DNA of 64,000 nucleotides from Scyliorhinus canicula (lineage: Eukaryota). A program made the translations under genes and the position numbers. Position 1 is the stretch's first letter. Each line of letters opens with the position of its first letter. This document shows positions 1 through 12,663 of the stretch, one piece after another. The stretch lies in the NCBI RefSeq assembly GCF_902713615.1, contig NC_052158.1:158666691-158730690 (forward strand), written 5' to 3'. The notes under the pieces were generated by a model, which worked only from the letters and a program-made list of their open reading frames with translations, was not told the origin of the DNA and did no database searches.

Positions 1-538
1 AACTAGGGGCTTTTCACGGTGACTTCATTGTGGTGTCAATGCAAGTCTACGTGTGACAATAAAGATCATGATTATCATTATTATAAAGGACTATTGTATT
101 ATAATAAATGTTTTCGTCTGTAATAACTGATTTTTCCTTGTTAAATCTAATTAGTGATCCCTAACTCTCCATGCTTGCTAAAAAAAAGTTAAAGTAGCAG
201 TCTTTTGAGACAGAGTTCCATTTTAGGATCTACCAGTCCCGTTATCACACAAACTGGGATTGGAACATCAACTATTCCCTTCATTACCCCAAAAATCACA
301 ACCAAATCGCTCATCCAAGCACGCTATTAGAAGTCTTAATTATGTACTCTCTCCACATACCTTAACCCAAAATGTTCTAAAGATGGGTTCTTGGTCCAAT
401 TTACACACACCGACATTGGGTGAGGTCTGACCATGCGCTTGGAGTGAAGTTATAGACGCCCATGTGGGGTGAAAATGCAGTCACTTACTGCGATGTGTAA
501 TGAACCCCCCACTTTGGATTAAGGGATTCACGCACGGT

Positions 539-3500
539 TAGAACATAGAACATAGATCAGTACAGCACAGTACAGGCCCTTCGGCCCACGATGTTGTGCA
601 GACCACTTATCTGAATCTAAGATCAACCTAACCTACAACCCCCAATTTTTTGCTGTCCATGTGCCTGTCCAAGAGTAACTTAAAAGTCCCTAATGATTCT
701 GACTCCACCACCTCTGCTGGCAATGCATTCCACGCACCCACCACTCGCTGTGTAAAGAAAGTACCTCTGACATATCCCCTATACCTTCCTACAATCACCT
801 TAAAATGATATTCCCTCGTGATAGCCATTTCCGTCCTGGGGAAGAGTCTATGACGATCCACTCTGTCCATGCCTCTCAGCACCTTGTACACCTCTGTCAA
901 GTCACCTCTCTTCCTTCTTCACTCCAGTGAGAAAAGCTCGAGCTCCCTCAATCTTTCTTCATAAGACAACCCCTTGAGACCACGCAGCGTCCTGGTACAT
1001 CTCCTAGGCACCCTCCCCAAAGCATCCACATCCTTCTTATAATGAGGCAACCAGAACTAGACACAATATTCCAACTGTGGTCTAACTAGGGTTTTATAAA
1101 GCTGCAGCAAAACCTCGCGGCTCTGAAACTCAATCCCCCTATTAATGAAAGCCAACACACCGTACACCTTATTAACAACCCTATCAACCTGTGTGGCAAC
1201 TTTGAGGGATCTATGTAAGATCCCTCTGTCCCCCCACACTTCCAAGAATCCTGCCTTTAACCCTGTATTCAGCATTCAAATTCAACCTTCCAAAATGAAT
1301 CACTTCACATTTATCAAGATTGAACTCCATCTGCCACTTCTCAGCCTAGATCTGCATCATGTCAATGTCCTGTTGTAACATGCAACAGCCCTCAACACTA
1401 TCTACAACTCCCCCAATCTTCGTGTCATCGGCAAATTTACTAACCCACCCTTTCAGTTCATCATCCAAGTCATTTATAAAAAACACAAAGTGCAGAGGTC
1501 CCAGAACAAATCCCTGCGGGACATCATTGGTCACCGACCTCCAGGCGGAATACGTTCCATCCACTACCACTTGCTGTCTTCTTTTGGCCAGCCAATTCTG
1601 TATCCAGACAGCTACATTTTCCTATATCCCATGCCCCCTGACGTTCTGAATGAGCCGACCATGGGGAACCTCATAAAATGCCTTACTGAAATCCATGTAC
1701 ACCACATCCACTGCCGGACCTTTATCAACGTGTCTTATCACATCCTCAGTGAACTTAATGATGCTTGTGAGGCATGAACTGCCCCTCACAAAGCCATGCT
1801 ACTACCTTTGATCAAATTATGTTTTTCTAAGTAATCATAAATCCTATCTCTTAGAATCCTTTCCAATATTTTGCACACCACAGACATAAGACGGACTGGT
1901 CTGTAATTCCCAGGAATATCCCTATTCCCTTTCTTGACCAATGGAACAACATTCATCTCCCTCAAATCTCCCGGTACTATTGCAGTGATGAGTGAGGATG
2001 CAGAGATCATTGCCAACGGCGCAGCAATTTCCTCCTTCACTTCCCATAGTAACCTTGGGTATATACCGTTAGCTCAAGGAGACGTATCTATTCTGATGCT
2101 TTTCAAAATATCCAGCACATCCTTTTTCTTAATATCAACCTGCTCAATGGTATTAACCTTTTTCTCATTGTTTTCATGAGCAACAAGTTCCCCTCTCTAG
2201 TGAAGACTGAAGCAAAATATTCATTTAGGGCTTGGCCCATCTTCTCAGACTCTAGGCACAAGCTCCCTCCGCTATTCCAGATCGGCCCTACTCTCACTCT
2301 GATCATCCTCTTATTTATCACATCAGTGTAGAACGCCTTGAGGTTTCCCCTAATCCTTCCACCAGGGCCTTTTCGGCCCCCTTCCAGCTCTCCTCAGTCC
2401 ATTTTTGAGTTCATTCTGGGCTACCTTGTAACCCTCGAGAGCCGTGCCCTCAACCTTATGTAAGCTTCCTTCTTCCTCTGGACTAGAAACTCCACTTCTC
2501 TTGCGATCCAAGGCTCCTTCACCTTCCCATCCCTTCCTCATCTCAGTGGGACAAAGCTATCCAGCACTCTCAGCAAGTGCTCCTGAAACAACCCCACATT
2601 ACTGTTGTCCATTTAATCAAGATCAATTGTTTCCACTTTATGCTCCTCAGCTGCTGGCTAACAGCAGTATAATTTCCCCTCCCCAAATTAAATACCTTCC
2701 CATAGTATCTGTTCTTGTCCCTCTCCATGGCTATCGTAAACATTAAGGAGTTGTGGTCACTGACACCGAAATGCTCTCCTACCGAGAAAACTGACACCTG
2801 GCCTGGATCATTGCCGAGCACCGAGTCCAATATGCCCCCCCCCCCCCCCCACCCCCAAGCCATGAGGCTGGTTTAGTACACTGGGCTAAATCACTGGCTT
2901 TTAAAACGGACCAAGGCAGGCCAACAGTACGGTTCCCGTACCAACCTCCCCGAACAGGCGCCGGAAAGTGGCGACTAGGGGTTTTTCCACAGTAACTTCA
3001 TTGAAGCCTACTCGTGACAATAAGCAATTTTCATTTCATTTTCATTTCATGTCATTTCGACCTATCTACATATTGTTTCAGGAATCCTTCCTGTATGCAC
3101 CTTGACAAAATCTGCTCCATCCAGCCCAATAGCAGTCAGGAGGTTCCAGGCAATATTCGGGAAGTTCAAGTCACCCATGACAACACCTCTGTTACTTCTT
3201 CACCTTTCCAAGATCTGCCGTCCAATTTGTCCTCTATCTCTCTGCTGCTATTGGGGTGTCTATAGAGAACTCCCAATAAAGTGACTGCTCCTTTCTCGTT
3301 TTGGCCTTCCACCCACACTCACTAAGCAGACAAACCTTCCTCAGCTACCTCCTTTTCTGCAGCTGTGATGCAGTCCCTAATTAACAGTGCCACTCCTCCT
3401 CCTCTTTTGCCTCCTTCCCCATTATTCTGAAAACATCTAAACTACAGAACATCTAACAACCATGCCTGCCTCTCTGAAATCCAAGTCTCCGTAAAGGCCA

Positions 3501-3890
3501 CAACATCGTAGTTCCAAGTAATGATCCATTCTCTAAGTTCATCTCCCTTATTCCTGACACTCTTTGCATTGAAACAGGCACTCTTTATAACGCATTCCAC
3601 TGAGTGCAACTTTGCCCTATTAACTGCGTATCCTTCCTCACAGACTCGCTGCATACAATTTCTGCCTGTTTAACAGCTACTGTATCCTCTGAACCATATC
3701 TCTGGTTCCAATTCCCCTGCCAATCTAGTTTAAACCCTCCCGAAGAGCTTTCGCAAATCTACCACCCAAGATATTGGTGTCCCTCCAGTTCAGGGGCAAT
3801 CCGTCCTTCATGTACATGTCCCACATTCCCCAGAATATTTCACAATGATCCACGTATCTGAAGCCTTCCCTCCTGCACCAGCCCTGTAGG
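539..3890 (-). mobile_element. CR1-clade LINE (HER1-like), decayed ORF2 (endonuclease + RT) and part of ORF1
   Basis: ORF fragments NYDVVAFTETW, NYRPVRLMSVVCKILE, VPQGFVLGP, SKFADDTKIGG, FFTQRVVGAWNALP; 3' tail (TTCTATG)n at ~540-555. Confidence 0.9.
2863..3050 (+). mobile_element. tRNA-like SINE, short-head family with GTGACAATAAG tail, nested in CR1
   Basis: ggctggtttag...ggttcccgtaccaacctccccgaacaggcgccgg...gtgacaataagc + (ttcat)n. Same family recurs at 6108, 19085, 31045, 48685. Confidence 0.8.
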
Positions 3891-3959
3891 CACGTGTTAG
3901 GATTAATGTGTGTACATCGTCATTGAACTGAGTTTCACGGCTCATTGGGTGTAGGCTCC

Positions 3960-4720
3960 AATAGAGCTGGACGATATCCAGACCTGGGCTGGCAAGTGGC
4001 AAGTAACATTCACGCCACTTACATGCCAGGTAATAACTATCGTCAATAAGTGTGAATTAAACGTTCCTGGGGGTTACCATTGACAACATACGGAACTGCA
4101 GTAGCCATTGAAATACTCTAGCTACAAGAGCAAGTCAGAGGCAAGGAATCCTGTGGTGAGGAACTCACTTCCTGATGACGCAAAGTCTAACCACCATCTA
4201 CAAGGCACAAATCAGGAATGTGATGGAAACTGGCCACTTGCCTGGGGAGGGCAGCTCCAACAACTCAGAAAACGCGACACTATCCAGTACAGATCAAACC
4301 GTTTGATTTGTACCCCTTACATAAATATTCAGTCTCTCCACCACGGATGCACAGCAGCAGCCTTGTGTGCCATATACAGGATCCACTGCAGGAACTCACC
4401 AAGGTTCCTTTGGCAGCACCTTTCAAGCCCACGACCACTCCCAACTAGAAGGACAAGGGCAGAAGACACATGGGAACACCGCCAATTGGAGGTTCTCCAA
4501 GTCACTCACCACCCTGACTTGGAAATATATCACTTTTCCTTCACAGTCCCTGGGTCAAAACCATGCAACTCCCTCCCTAACAGCACAGTTGGTGTACCTA
4601 CGCCACATGGACAGTAGTAGTTCAAGAAGGCGGCTCATCACTACCTGCCCAAGGGGAATTAGGGGTGGGCAATATATCTGACGGAGCCAGAAAAGCCCAC
4701 ATCGCGTGCAAAATGATTTG
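3960..4720 (+). mobile_element. Old CR1-like LINE 3' fragment (second family)
   Basis: Decayed RT C-terminal motifs (...WAGKWQVTF..., ...TIYKAQIR.VME...) and 3' end gggcaata...gcccacatc. A related 3' end occurs at ~43480-43935. Confidence 0.65.
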
Positions 4721-5038
4721 AAAGCTTTTTTGTGGTCTTGGGTATTAAGTGAAATCATATAGGTGCACATTGGGGACTATACAGAGTACAATGCAGGGGC
4801 CTTGCATGGTTACTTCAGATTGCTTTCAATTTGCTCGAGCCATGAGGATAAAGTAAAGCTAACTAAATAACTTTGACATCCCAGTTTCTGGACAAGCTCA
4901 CGATACTCTTTTGTAATTACCCTAATGAATGTACATTTAAGCAGAACATATCTCATTTACTGGCGAACTCCGTCATACAAATTCATAATATTATAATTTT
5001 GAGAATCGTTGACACATCGCAAAACCTGAAGCACATAC

Positions 5039-5353
5039 CGGAACAGATGACTCCAGCATCATTTCTGTGTGTGCAAGGATGGTGCCCCCAGGATGCAACG
5101 GGGCAGTCTTTCAAACGTAACTCATTGCCAGTGCATTCGTTAATATCGTTCCATATTGAACCATTTCCTTCCCCGAAGATTTCTCCACCTGGCGTTGATA
5201 TCACAGCTCCACACCCGAGTTGATTGCAGACAACGGCTGCATCGTGTAAATCCCAGTAGGTGTTGCAGACTGTGCCCCAGGTGTCGCCTTGCAGTATCTC
5301 CACTCTCCCTGAGCAGGTGTCATTACCACCAACTAACCGCGGTCCTTTATGAC
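5039..5353 (-). CDS. Exon 6: SRCR domain 4 (group B)
   Basis: CTGCACAAAG|GT CAT AAA... to TGT TCC G|GTATGT; 315 nt. GHKGPRLVGGNDTCSGRVEILQGDTWGTVC...FGEGNGSIW...DAGVICS, 8 Cys. Confidence 0.95.
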
Positions 5354-6107
5354 CTTTGTGCAGAAACAAATTTTTAAAAATCAAATCACTCGTTTTCCAC
5401 GGGAAGGTATTTTCCTTCATTAACTTATCAAATACCTCGAATCCAATTGGTCAAAACAGAAATATAAACCAATGAAAAGACTAAAAAGGGCGAGTTATTG
5501 TGAAACAAATAGTATTTTTTCCAACCATGACATCGCCACTACAAGTTATGCCACACTGGCGCGCATCAGTGCAAGAGAGGTTACTCCGGCCAAGTGCAAC
5601 AAATATGTTGAGAGCTCAGAAAAAGTTAAACTCCATTTGGAAAAGGTCTCCAATAATCTGAAAACACGAAGACATAAACCATGCAGCAGCGATCAGCTGA
5701 TGTGAAACTTGGGACTTTTATTAAACCACGTGTGGGCAACCAACATTGCGTATACTTCTTCGAGATTAAAGTTATGCAAAATAAAGTAGAAAAGATCTTC
5801 CGCTAAAACACGGTGCTGAATTTTGGAGAGGAACGAGACCTGCGGTGGGTTATTGAAAATATATGTCTGCAATACTGGTTTGGCGGGTAAGATCGAAATA
5901 TATTACAATACGAAGGGTTTAATGAAACTTTGAGAAATTCCAAATTTTATTTGAACTTGAGATTCGGCGCTAATGTTGTTGCGTATCGCTGCATCTGGAT
6001 ATAAACCAAGTCATTACTTTAAATAGTAATTTTAAATTGCTATTGGCCTCATGAAAATGGCAAATTAATTATTTGATTCAAATATGGAACGTGACACGAG
6101 AAAGTGA

Positions 6108-6281
6108 TTTGAAATGAAATGAAAATCGCTTCTTGTCACAAATAGACTTCAAATGAAGTTACTGTGAAACGCCCCTAGTCGCCACATTCCGGCGCCTGTT
6201 CGGGGAGGCTGGTACAGGAATTAAACCGTGCTGCTGGCCTACTTCAAAAGCCAGAGATTTTGCCCTGTGCTAAACCAGCCC
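6108..6281 (-). mobile_element. Short-head SINE (GTGACAATAAG-tail family)
   Basis: Reverse complement of the 2863-3050 element, with (gaaat)n tail. Confidence 0.8.
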
Positions 6282-6655
6282 TTCTATTGAACGACAACTA
6301 AAATCTGTGTCGGATGCTGAACATCAACGATATTTCCCTTGTAAATTATTCAGGTGAGGAAAATGTGTTAACGGCCCAGTGACAAACTGGTTAACACTGC
6401 TGCCTCACTTTACCAGGGATTCCAACCTCGAGTAACTGCCTTTGGGGAGTTCATGCATCCTCCGGATGTTATGGTTTTCTCCCACAGTCCTAAGGTGTGC
6501 AGTTTGAGTGGCTTAGTCATGTTAAATTGACCCCTAGTTGGGGTTGCTGGGCAAAATTATATGGAATGCGTCGAATCTATCAGACGACATGCACGGAGTT
6601 TCAGGGTTCTGTGTTCCCACATGAGTGCAGGTGAAGGAAGAAATGAAACACTTAC

Positions 6656-6970
6656 CGGAACAAATTACACTGACATCATTCTTGTGCGTACAGTCGTCTC
6701 GGTTTCTTGGTGTAGTGGGGCAGTCCCAGAGAATGGCTTCATTACCTTGACATTCATATAAATCCTGCCATATGGGTCCACTGCCCTCTCCAAAATGAGC
6801 CCGTCCTTGTACTGATATCACATCGCCACATTTCAGTGATGCGCAAACCACACGGGCGTCCTGTGAATCCCAATTGAAATCACACACTGTCCCCCAGATG
6901 CCTCCATATTGTATCTCCAATCTTCCGGAGCAACCGTCAGCTCCGCCAACCAGTCTCGGCTGTTTGTGTT
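6656..6970 (-). CDS. Exon 5: SRCR domain 3 (group B)
   Basis: AATCAACAG|AA CAC AAA... to TGT TCC G|GTAAGT; 315 nt. EHKQPRLVGGADGCSGRLEIQYGGIWGTVCDFNWD...FGEGSGPIW...DVSVICS, 8 Cys. Confidence 0.95.
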
Positions 6971-7740
6971 CTGTTGATTATTACCAGATGGTAAAATATG
7001 TTCAAGGAAATTTGGTGAAATACACAGTTTAAATCTTCAACATTAATTGACAAAAATGCTAATTTTATGCCTACAGAATGGCGAGTACAGCTCGCTTTTG
7101 CCGGTGCTGGCTTTTCTTGAACCCTCTCCGCATATCCATCCTGTGATTTTATGCTAATGAATTAAGGACTAAATTGTTACTAGTATCATTTTGTGTCCAG
7201 AACCATTTGAATCTGTCGTTAATGACAGAAGTTTTGTATCTGCTCCCGACCGCCAATACGTTTGTCATTCACTAAATCACTTCGCCCCAGTCATTCAATA
7301 ATTGGACCTGTATTCATTCGCTTCATTCCGCTTTTGAATCTTCTCTTTACATTTTACCATGCAGTCTGATACTTCGAAAATTTATAAAATTTATAATAGT
7401 CACGTTTGTGATTCAGAAATATGGAAATGTGATGTGCAGTCTCATATTCCGATTGGAACATCACAAAACAAAATGCTATTTGCAATTCTCGACGGTTAGA
7501 AAAAATCGCTCTGTCTGCTAAATTTTATGAAATGTTTCTTGGAATTTGTGGTTCAGACTAAGAACGCCAATGTGAGTTCCATTCACGCCTGTGTAAGATC
7601 CATTTACACCTGCGTGAGATTGACTTTGCTTTGGACCTGACTCTGAGGTTGGAAGGCAAGGCAGGCCAGTCCTCACTAAAACTACTAACGATTTGATTCA
7701 GAATTTAAGTATCATTAGATATTGACACAAGGACCAGAGT

Positions 7741-8000
7741 CCGGCACAGCACGGTGTCAATTATGTATCTCTCTGTCCCTGCGTGGGTTTCCCCCAGGCG
7801 TTCCAGAGTCCTCCGAACAGTTCACAGATGTGCAGGTTAGGTGGATTTACCATAATAGAATTGCCCCACCGCGTCCCAGGAAGGTTTGGTGGGTTAAGGG
7901 GGCAGGGTGGAGTCGTGGAGTTCATTAGGGTAATCTTTCCAAGGGCCAGTGCAGACACGGTAGTCAGAATGGGCTCCCTCTGCACTGTCAATTCTATGAT
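7741..8000 (+). mobile_element. HE1-type V-SINE (degenerate)
   Basis: gcacggtg...tgcgtgggtttcc...gatgtgcaggttaggtggatt...ctgcactgtcaattctatg. Confidence 0.8.
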
Positions 8001-8004
8001 CACA

Positions 8005-9090
8005 TTGTTTAAATGCTTGATCCTCGACTTTCTGACCAACAGACCACAGTCAGTAAGAATGAACACCAACACCTCCTCCACAATAGTCCTCAACACCGGT
8101 GCCCCGCAAGACTGCGTACTCTACTCCCTGTACACACACGACTGCATGGCAAAACTTGGTTCCAACTCCATCTACAAGTTTGCTGACAATACGACCATAG
8201 TGGGCTGGATCTTGAATAACGATGAGTCAGAATACAGGAGGGAGATAGAGAACCTAGTGGAGTGGTGCAGCGACAAAAATCTCTCCCTTAATGCCAGCAA
8301 AACTAAAGAGCTGGTCATCGACTTCAGGAAGCAAAATACTGTACACACCCCTGTCAGCATCAACGGAGCCGAGGTAGAGATGGTGAGCAGTTTCAAATTC
8401 CTAGGGGTGCACATCACCAAAAATCTATCCTGGTCCACTCATGTCGACGCTATCACCAAGAAAGCACAACAGCGCCTTTACTTCCTCAGGAAACTAAGGA
8501 AATTCGGCATGTCCACATTAACCCTTACCAACTTTTACAGATGCACTATAGAGAGCATCCTTTCGGGCTGCATCACAGCCTGGTATGGCAACTGCTCGGC
8601 CCAGGACCGCAAGGAACTTCAGAGAGTCGTGAATACCGCCCAGTCCATCACACGAACCTGCCTCCCATCCATTGATTCCATCTACACATCCCACTGCCGG
8701 GGGAAAGCAGGCAGCATAATCAAGGATCCCTCCCACCCGGCTTACTCACTTTTCCAACTTCTTCCATCGGGCAGGAGATTCAGAAGTCTGAGAACACGGA
8801 TGAACAGACTCAAAAACAACTTCTTTCCCACTGTCACCATACTCCTAAATGACCCTCTTATGGACTGTCCTCATTAACACTACACCCATGTCTGCTTCAT
8901 CTGACGCCAATGCTTATGTAGTACATTGTATATATTGTGTTGCCCTATTATGTATTCTCATGTATTTTCTTGAATTCTGTTCAATTCCCTTTTCTACCCA
9001 TGTACTGAATGATCTGTTGAGCTGCTTGCAGAAAAATACTTTTCACTGTACCTCGGTACACGTGACAATAAACAAATCCAATCCAATCCA
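8005..9090 (+). mobile_element. Rex1/Babar LINE, 5'-truncated (RT C-terminal half + 3' UTR)
   Basis: ILDFLTNRPQSVR, TGAPQDCVL, KFADNTTIVG, KAQQRLYFLRKL, FYRCTIESIL; ends gtgacaataaacaaa(tccaa)n. Confidence 0.9.
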
Positions 9091-9114
9091 ATGTTGTAGT
9101 GTATGTGCATAAAG

Positions 9115-9480
9115 TGAGGAGACGATAGCGTTATGGTTATGCCAATGGGTTTATAATTCAGTAAACCATGCTCTGGGGACATGGGTTCCAAGTACACCAC
9201 GGTAGCTGGTGGAATGTGAATTTATGAAGACACGTGCAATACAGAGCTTGTGTCAGTAATGCTGATGCTACATCTATCATCAATTGTTGCAAACAAAATC
9301 TGGATCACTAAGGGAAGGCCATCTTGCACGTTTACACAGGCTAGCCTACATGTGACTCCAGACCCAGACAATCTAGTTCAATTTTAACTGCCTTTGGAAT
9401 TGCCCGAACAAGCTACTCAGTTCAAGGGCAAGAGCCATAGGCAAAATACATGAAGCAACAGGACACCCGGATCCAATTAA
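9115..9480 (+). mobile_element. Old tRNA-derived SINE with CR1-like tail
   Basis: ctctggggacatgggttc...cctacatgtgactccagaccca...ctcagttcaagggcaa. Another copy on the minus strand at ~37310-37890. Confidence 0.6.
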
Positions 9481-9538
9481 AGAACAATTGTCATTGCTAT
9501 GGTACTGAATGTTTATGGAAAAATACCATTTCAATTTT

Positions 9539-10150
9539 TTTATAAATTTAGTGTACCAACTCATTTTTTCCAATTCAGGGGCAACTTTATTTGATTTGAT
9601 TGGATTTGATCTTTGTCACATGTACCGAAAGACAGTGAAAAGTATTTTCTGCGGCCGAGGGAATCTACACAGTACGTACATAGTAGACAAAAGAATAATC
9701 AACAGAGAACATTGACAAATGGTACATCATAAACAGTGATTGGTTACAGTGCAGAACAAGGGGCCAAACAAAGTGAATACATGAGCAGAGTAGCATAGGT
9801 TGTCGTGAATAGTATTCTGACAGGGAACAGATCAGTCCGAGGGGGGAGTCGTTGAGGAATCTTGTAGCTGTGGGGAAGAAGATGTTCCTATGTTTGGATG
9901 CGCGAGTCTTCAGAATTCTGTAGCTTCTGACTGATGGAAAGGTCAGGAAGAAGGCAATGCCTGGGTGGGAGGGGACTCAGATAATTTAGCGTGGCCAATC
10001 CACCTACATCTTTGGGTTGTGTGGGCGAAACCCACGCAAATACGGGAGAATGTGCAAACTCCACACAGACAGTGACCAAGAGCCGCGAGCAAACCTCGGA
10101 ACTCGGCACCGTGCGGTAGCAATGCTAACCACTGTGCCACCATGCTGCAC
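9539..10150 (-). mobile_element. Short A-tailed HE1-derived SINE with 15-bp TSD, interrupted by a Rex1 3' fragment (~9590-9975, minus)
   Basis: TSD taccatttcaatttt (9524-9538) / taccatttcactttt (10151-10165); HE1 head at 9985-10150; Rex1 tail (atttg/attgg)n at ~9590. Confidence 0.75.
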
Positions 10151-10639
10151 TACCATTTCACTTTTTAACTATCATCAGCTCACTGCATCTCACTACAGAA
10201 ACAATCCGACTGCAAATGCTGAGTGAATTAAAACCGGTATTCCGAGCCCATCGCGGCCGTCACAGCAGTGCAATATTCAATTAGCTTTATTTCCAACTAG
10301 AGAAAGGTTATTTCTCTAATTTGTGCTGCGAATCAAACAGGAGCAACTTCAGGAGGTGACTGCGTAAATCAGAAAAAACATAACATACACATTTGTGAAG
10401 TGTTAACAATTGATTTTCTTTTTGCTTCCGGATCTGGAGCCGTCAAAGTGAGTTCAATAACTTGCACCAGGTAAAAATGGTCGGCCCTTGATCACATTAT
10501 CCGGTATGAAGCCATTCAAAAATGAATGGAGAAACTGCAACGCCAACACGTCCCAGCCATGATGCAGAGTGGGCCAAAAGGATATCCAGGATTGGATAAT
10601 GAAAAGAAGGGAGGGTGATGGCAGATGCAGGGGGATTAA

Positions 10640-12632
10640 AACTGGATGTTCAAGGCGAGTGTTGAACATGGAGGGGGTACCCGAAAACTATTTCGGAGAG
10701 CGAAGAAGGGGCAAGAAAATCAAGGGCGGGCAAAATAATTGAAAATCCCACGGTGTTTTTGAAGTACATTAAGGGCAGGGAGGTAACCAGCGAAAGAATG
10801 GGACCCAGTAGCGACCCAAATGACAATCAGTGTGCTGAGTCTAAACACGTAGGTGGGATACTAAATTAGGAGTTTGCAACTGTGATCCCTATGGAGAAAG
10901 ACAATGCAGGTTTGGAAAGCAACGAGTGGAACTATGATAAAATTGAACAGATTGGCAGGGATACGAATGCGGTGTTCGGGATTTCAGCTGGACTAAAAGT
11001 GGATAAACCACCAGGCCCGGATGATACGTATCTTCGACTGCTGTTGATGGCAAGGGAGGAGCTTGCAAGTGTTCGGACGTGAATTGCCAAATCCTCTCTG
11101 GCTGCAGGAGAGGTGGCAGGAGACGGCAGGACAGCTAACATTGTGCCATTATTCAAGTAGAGCAGTTGGGAAAAAACAATAAATTACAGGCTAGTGGGTC
11201 CGATTTCAGTCCAGGGAAATTATTGAAACAAACGCTGAGGGGAGAAGTAATTTCCACTTGGAGAGACAAGGGTTAATTCAGGATAGTCAACGTGGCTTTG
11301 TCAGGGGAGGTCATATCTAACAAACTTGATGTATGTTTTTCAGAATTAGAAAAGTGTGTAAAAGAGGATAGTGAAGCTGATGTACTCTGCATGGACTTCA
11401 GTAAGCCTCTTATTAATGACCCGCATGGGAGACTGATCAGCAAGGTAAGGGGCACTGGGATTCAGGGTAATTTGGCAAATTGGACCTAAATTGCCTTTTT
11501 GGCAGGAGGCAGAGGGTAATGATCGAAGGTTCTTTTTGTGCCTCAAACCTCTGTCGAATGATGTACTTAAGGGATCTATGTTGGCTCCCTTACTGTTTGT
11601 CGCGTACATAATCAGTTGCGAATGTAGAGGGTATCATCAGTAATTTCACAGACACGAAAGGTAGCGCTGTGGCAACTATCAAAGAGGAAAGCCTTAGATT
11701 GCAGAAGGACGTAGACTGGCTCGCTAAATGGGCAGCACAGTGAAAACTTAACTTATCCCTGACAAGTGTGAGTTGATTCATTTTGGAGGAACAAATAAGG
11801 CAAGAGAATACACAATACTTTGGAGGAAGCTAAAGGGCAGCGGACCAAAGGGAACTTGGGGAGCATGTCCACCGGTAGCTGAAGGCAGCAGGACAATTTG
11901 ATAACAACGCGTATGGGATTCTTGCCTTTAATTCCTAAGCATACAATATAAGATCAGCCATGTTATGCTGAAGCTGTATAACACTCGAGTTATACCACAA
12001 CAGGAGAAGTGTGTGCAGCTCTACCGCCAGACTATAGGACGATGTGATTGCACTAGATAGGCTGTAAAGGGGAATCACCCGACTTACCAGGGATAAATCA
12101 TGGTGTACAGGACTCTGGAACAGAGTCTGTCCCTGTTGCTCAGAAGGGAAGGGGGAGATGAATGAAGCATTAGTCATTGGAGACTCCATAGTTAGGGGGA
12201 TAGATAGGAGATTCTGTTGGAACGAGAGAGACTCGCGGCTGGTGTGTTGCCTTCCAGGTGCCAGGGTCCACAATGTCTCGGATGGTCTCGGATCGTGTTT
12301 TCGGGATCCTTAACGGGGAGGGGGAGCAGCCCCAAGTCGTGGTCCACATAGGTACCAACGACAGATGTAAGAAAAGGGATAGGCATGTAAGGCAGGAATT
12401 CAGGGAGCTAGGGTGGAAACTAGGACAAACAGAGTTATTATCTCTGGGTTGTTACCCGTGCCACGTGCTAGCGAGACGAGGAATGGGGAGAGAGAGCAGT
12501 TGAACACGTGGCTAGAGGGATGGTGCAGGAGGGAGGGTTTCAGATTCCTGGATAATTGGGGCTCATTCTGGGGTGGGTGCGACCTCTAAAAAGGGCTGGT
12601 CTGCACCTGGACCGGAGGAGTACCAATATCCT

Positions 12633-12663
<31 letters not shown>

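Noticed and set aside
478-540. Strong minus-strand donor-like GTAAGT at ~483-488 as a possible next exon
   Set aside because: No acceptor or SRCR/TM-coding frame upstream before the CR1 tail begins at ~540.
7783-8877. 364-aa ORF, longest in window
   Set aside because: Chance fusion of an HE1 SINE frame with a 5'-truncated Rex1 RT whose catalytic motif is mutated (FADN); not a host gene.
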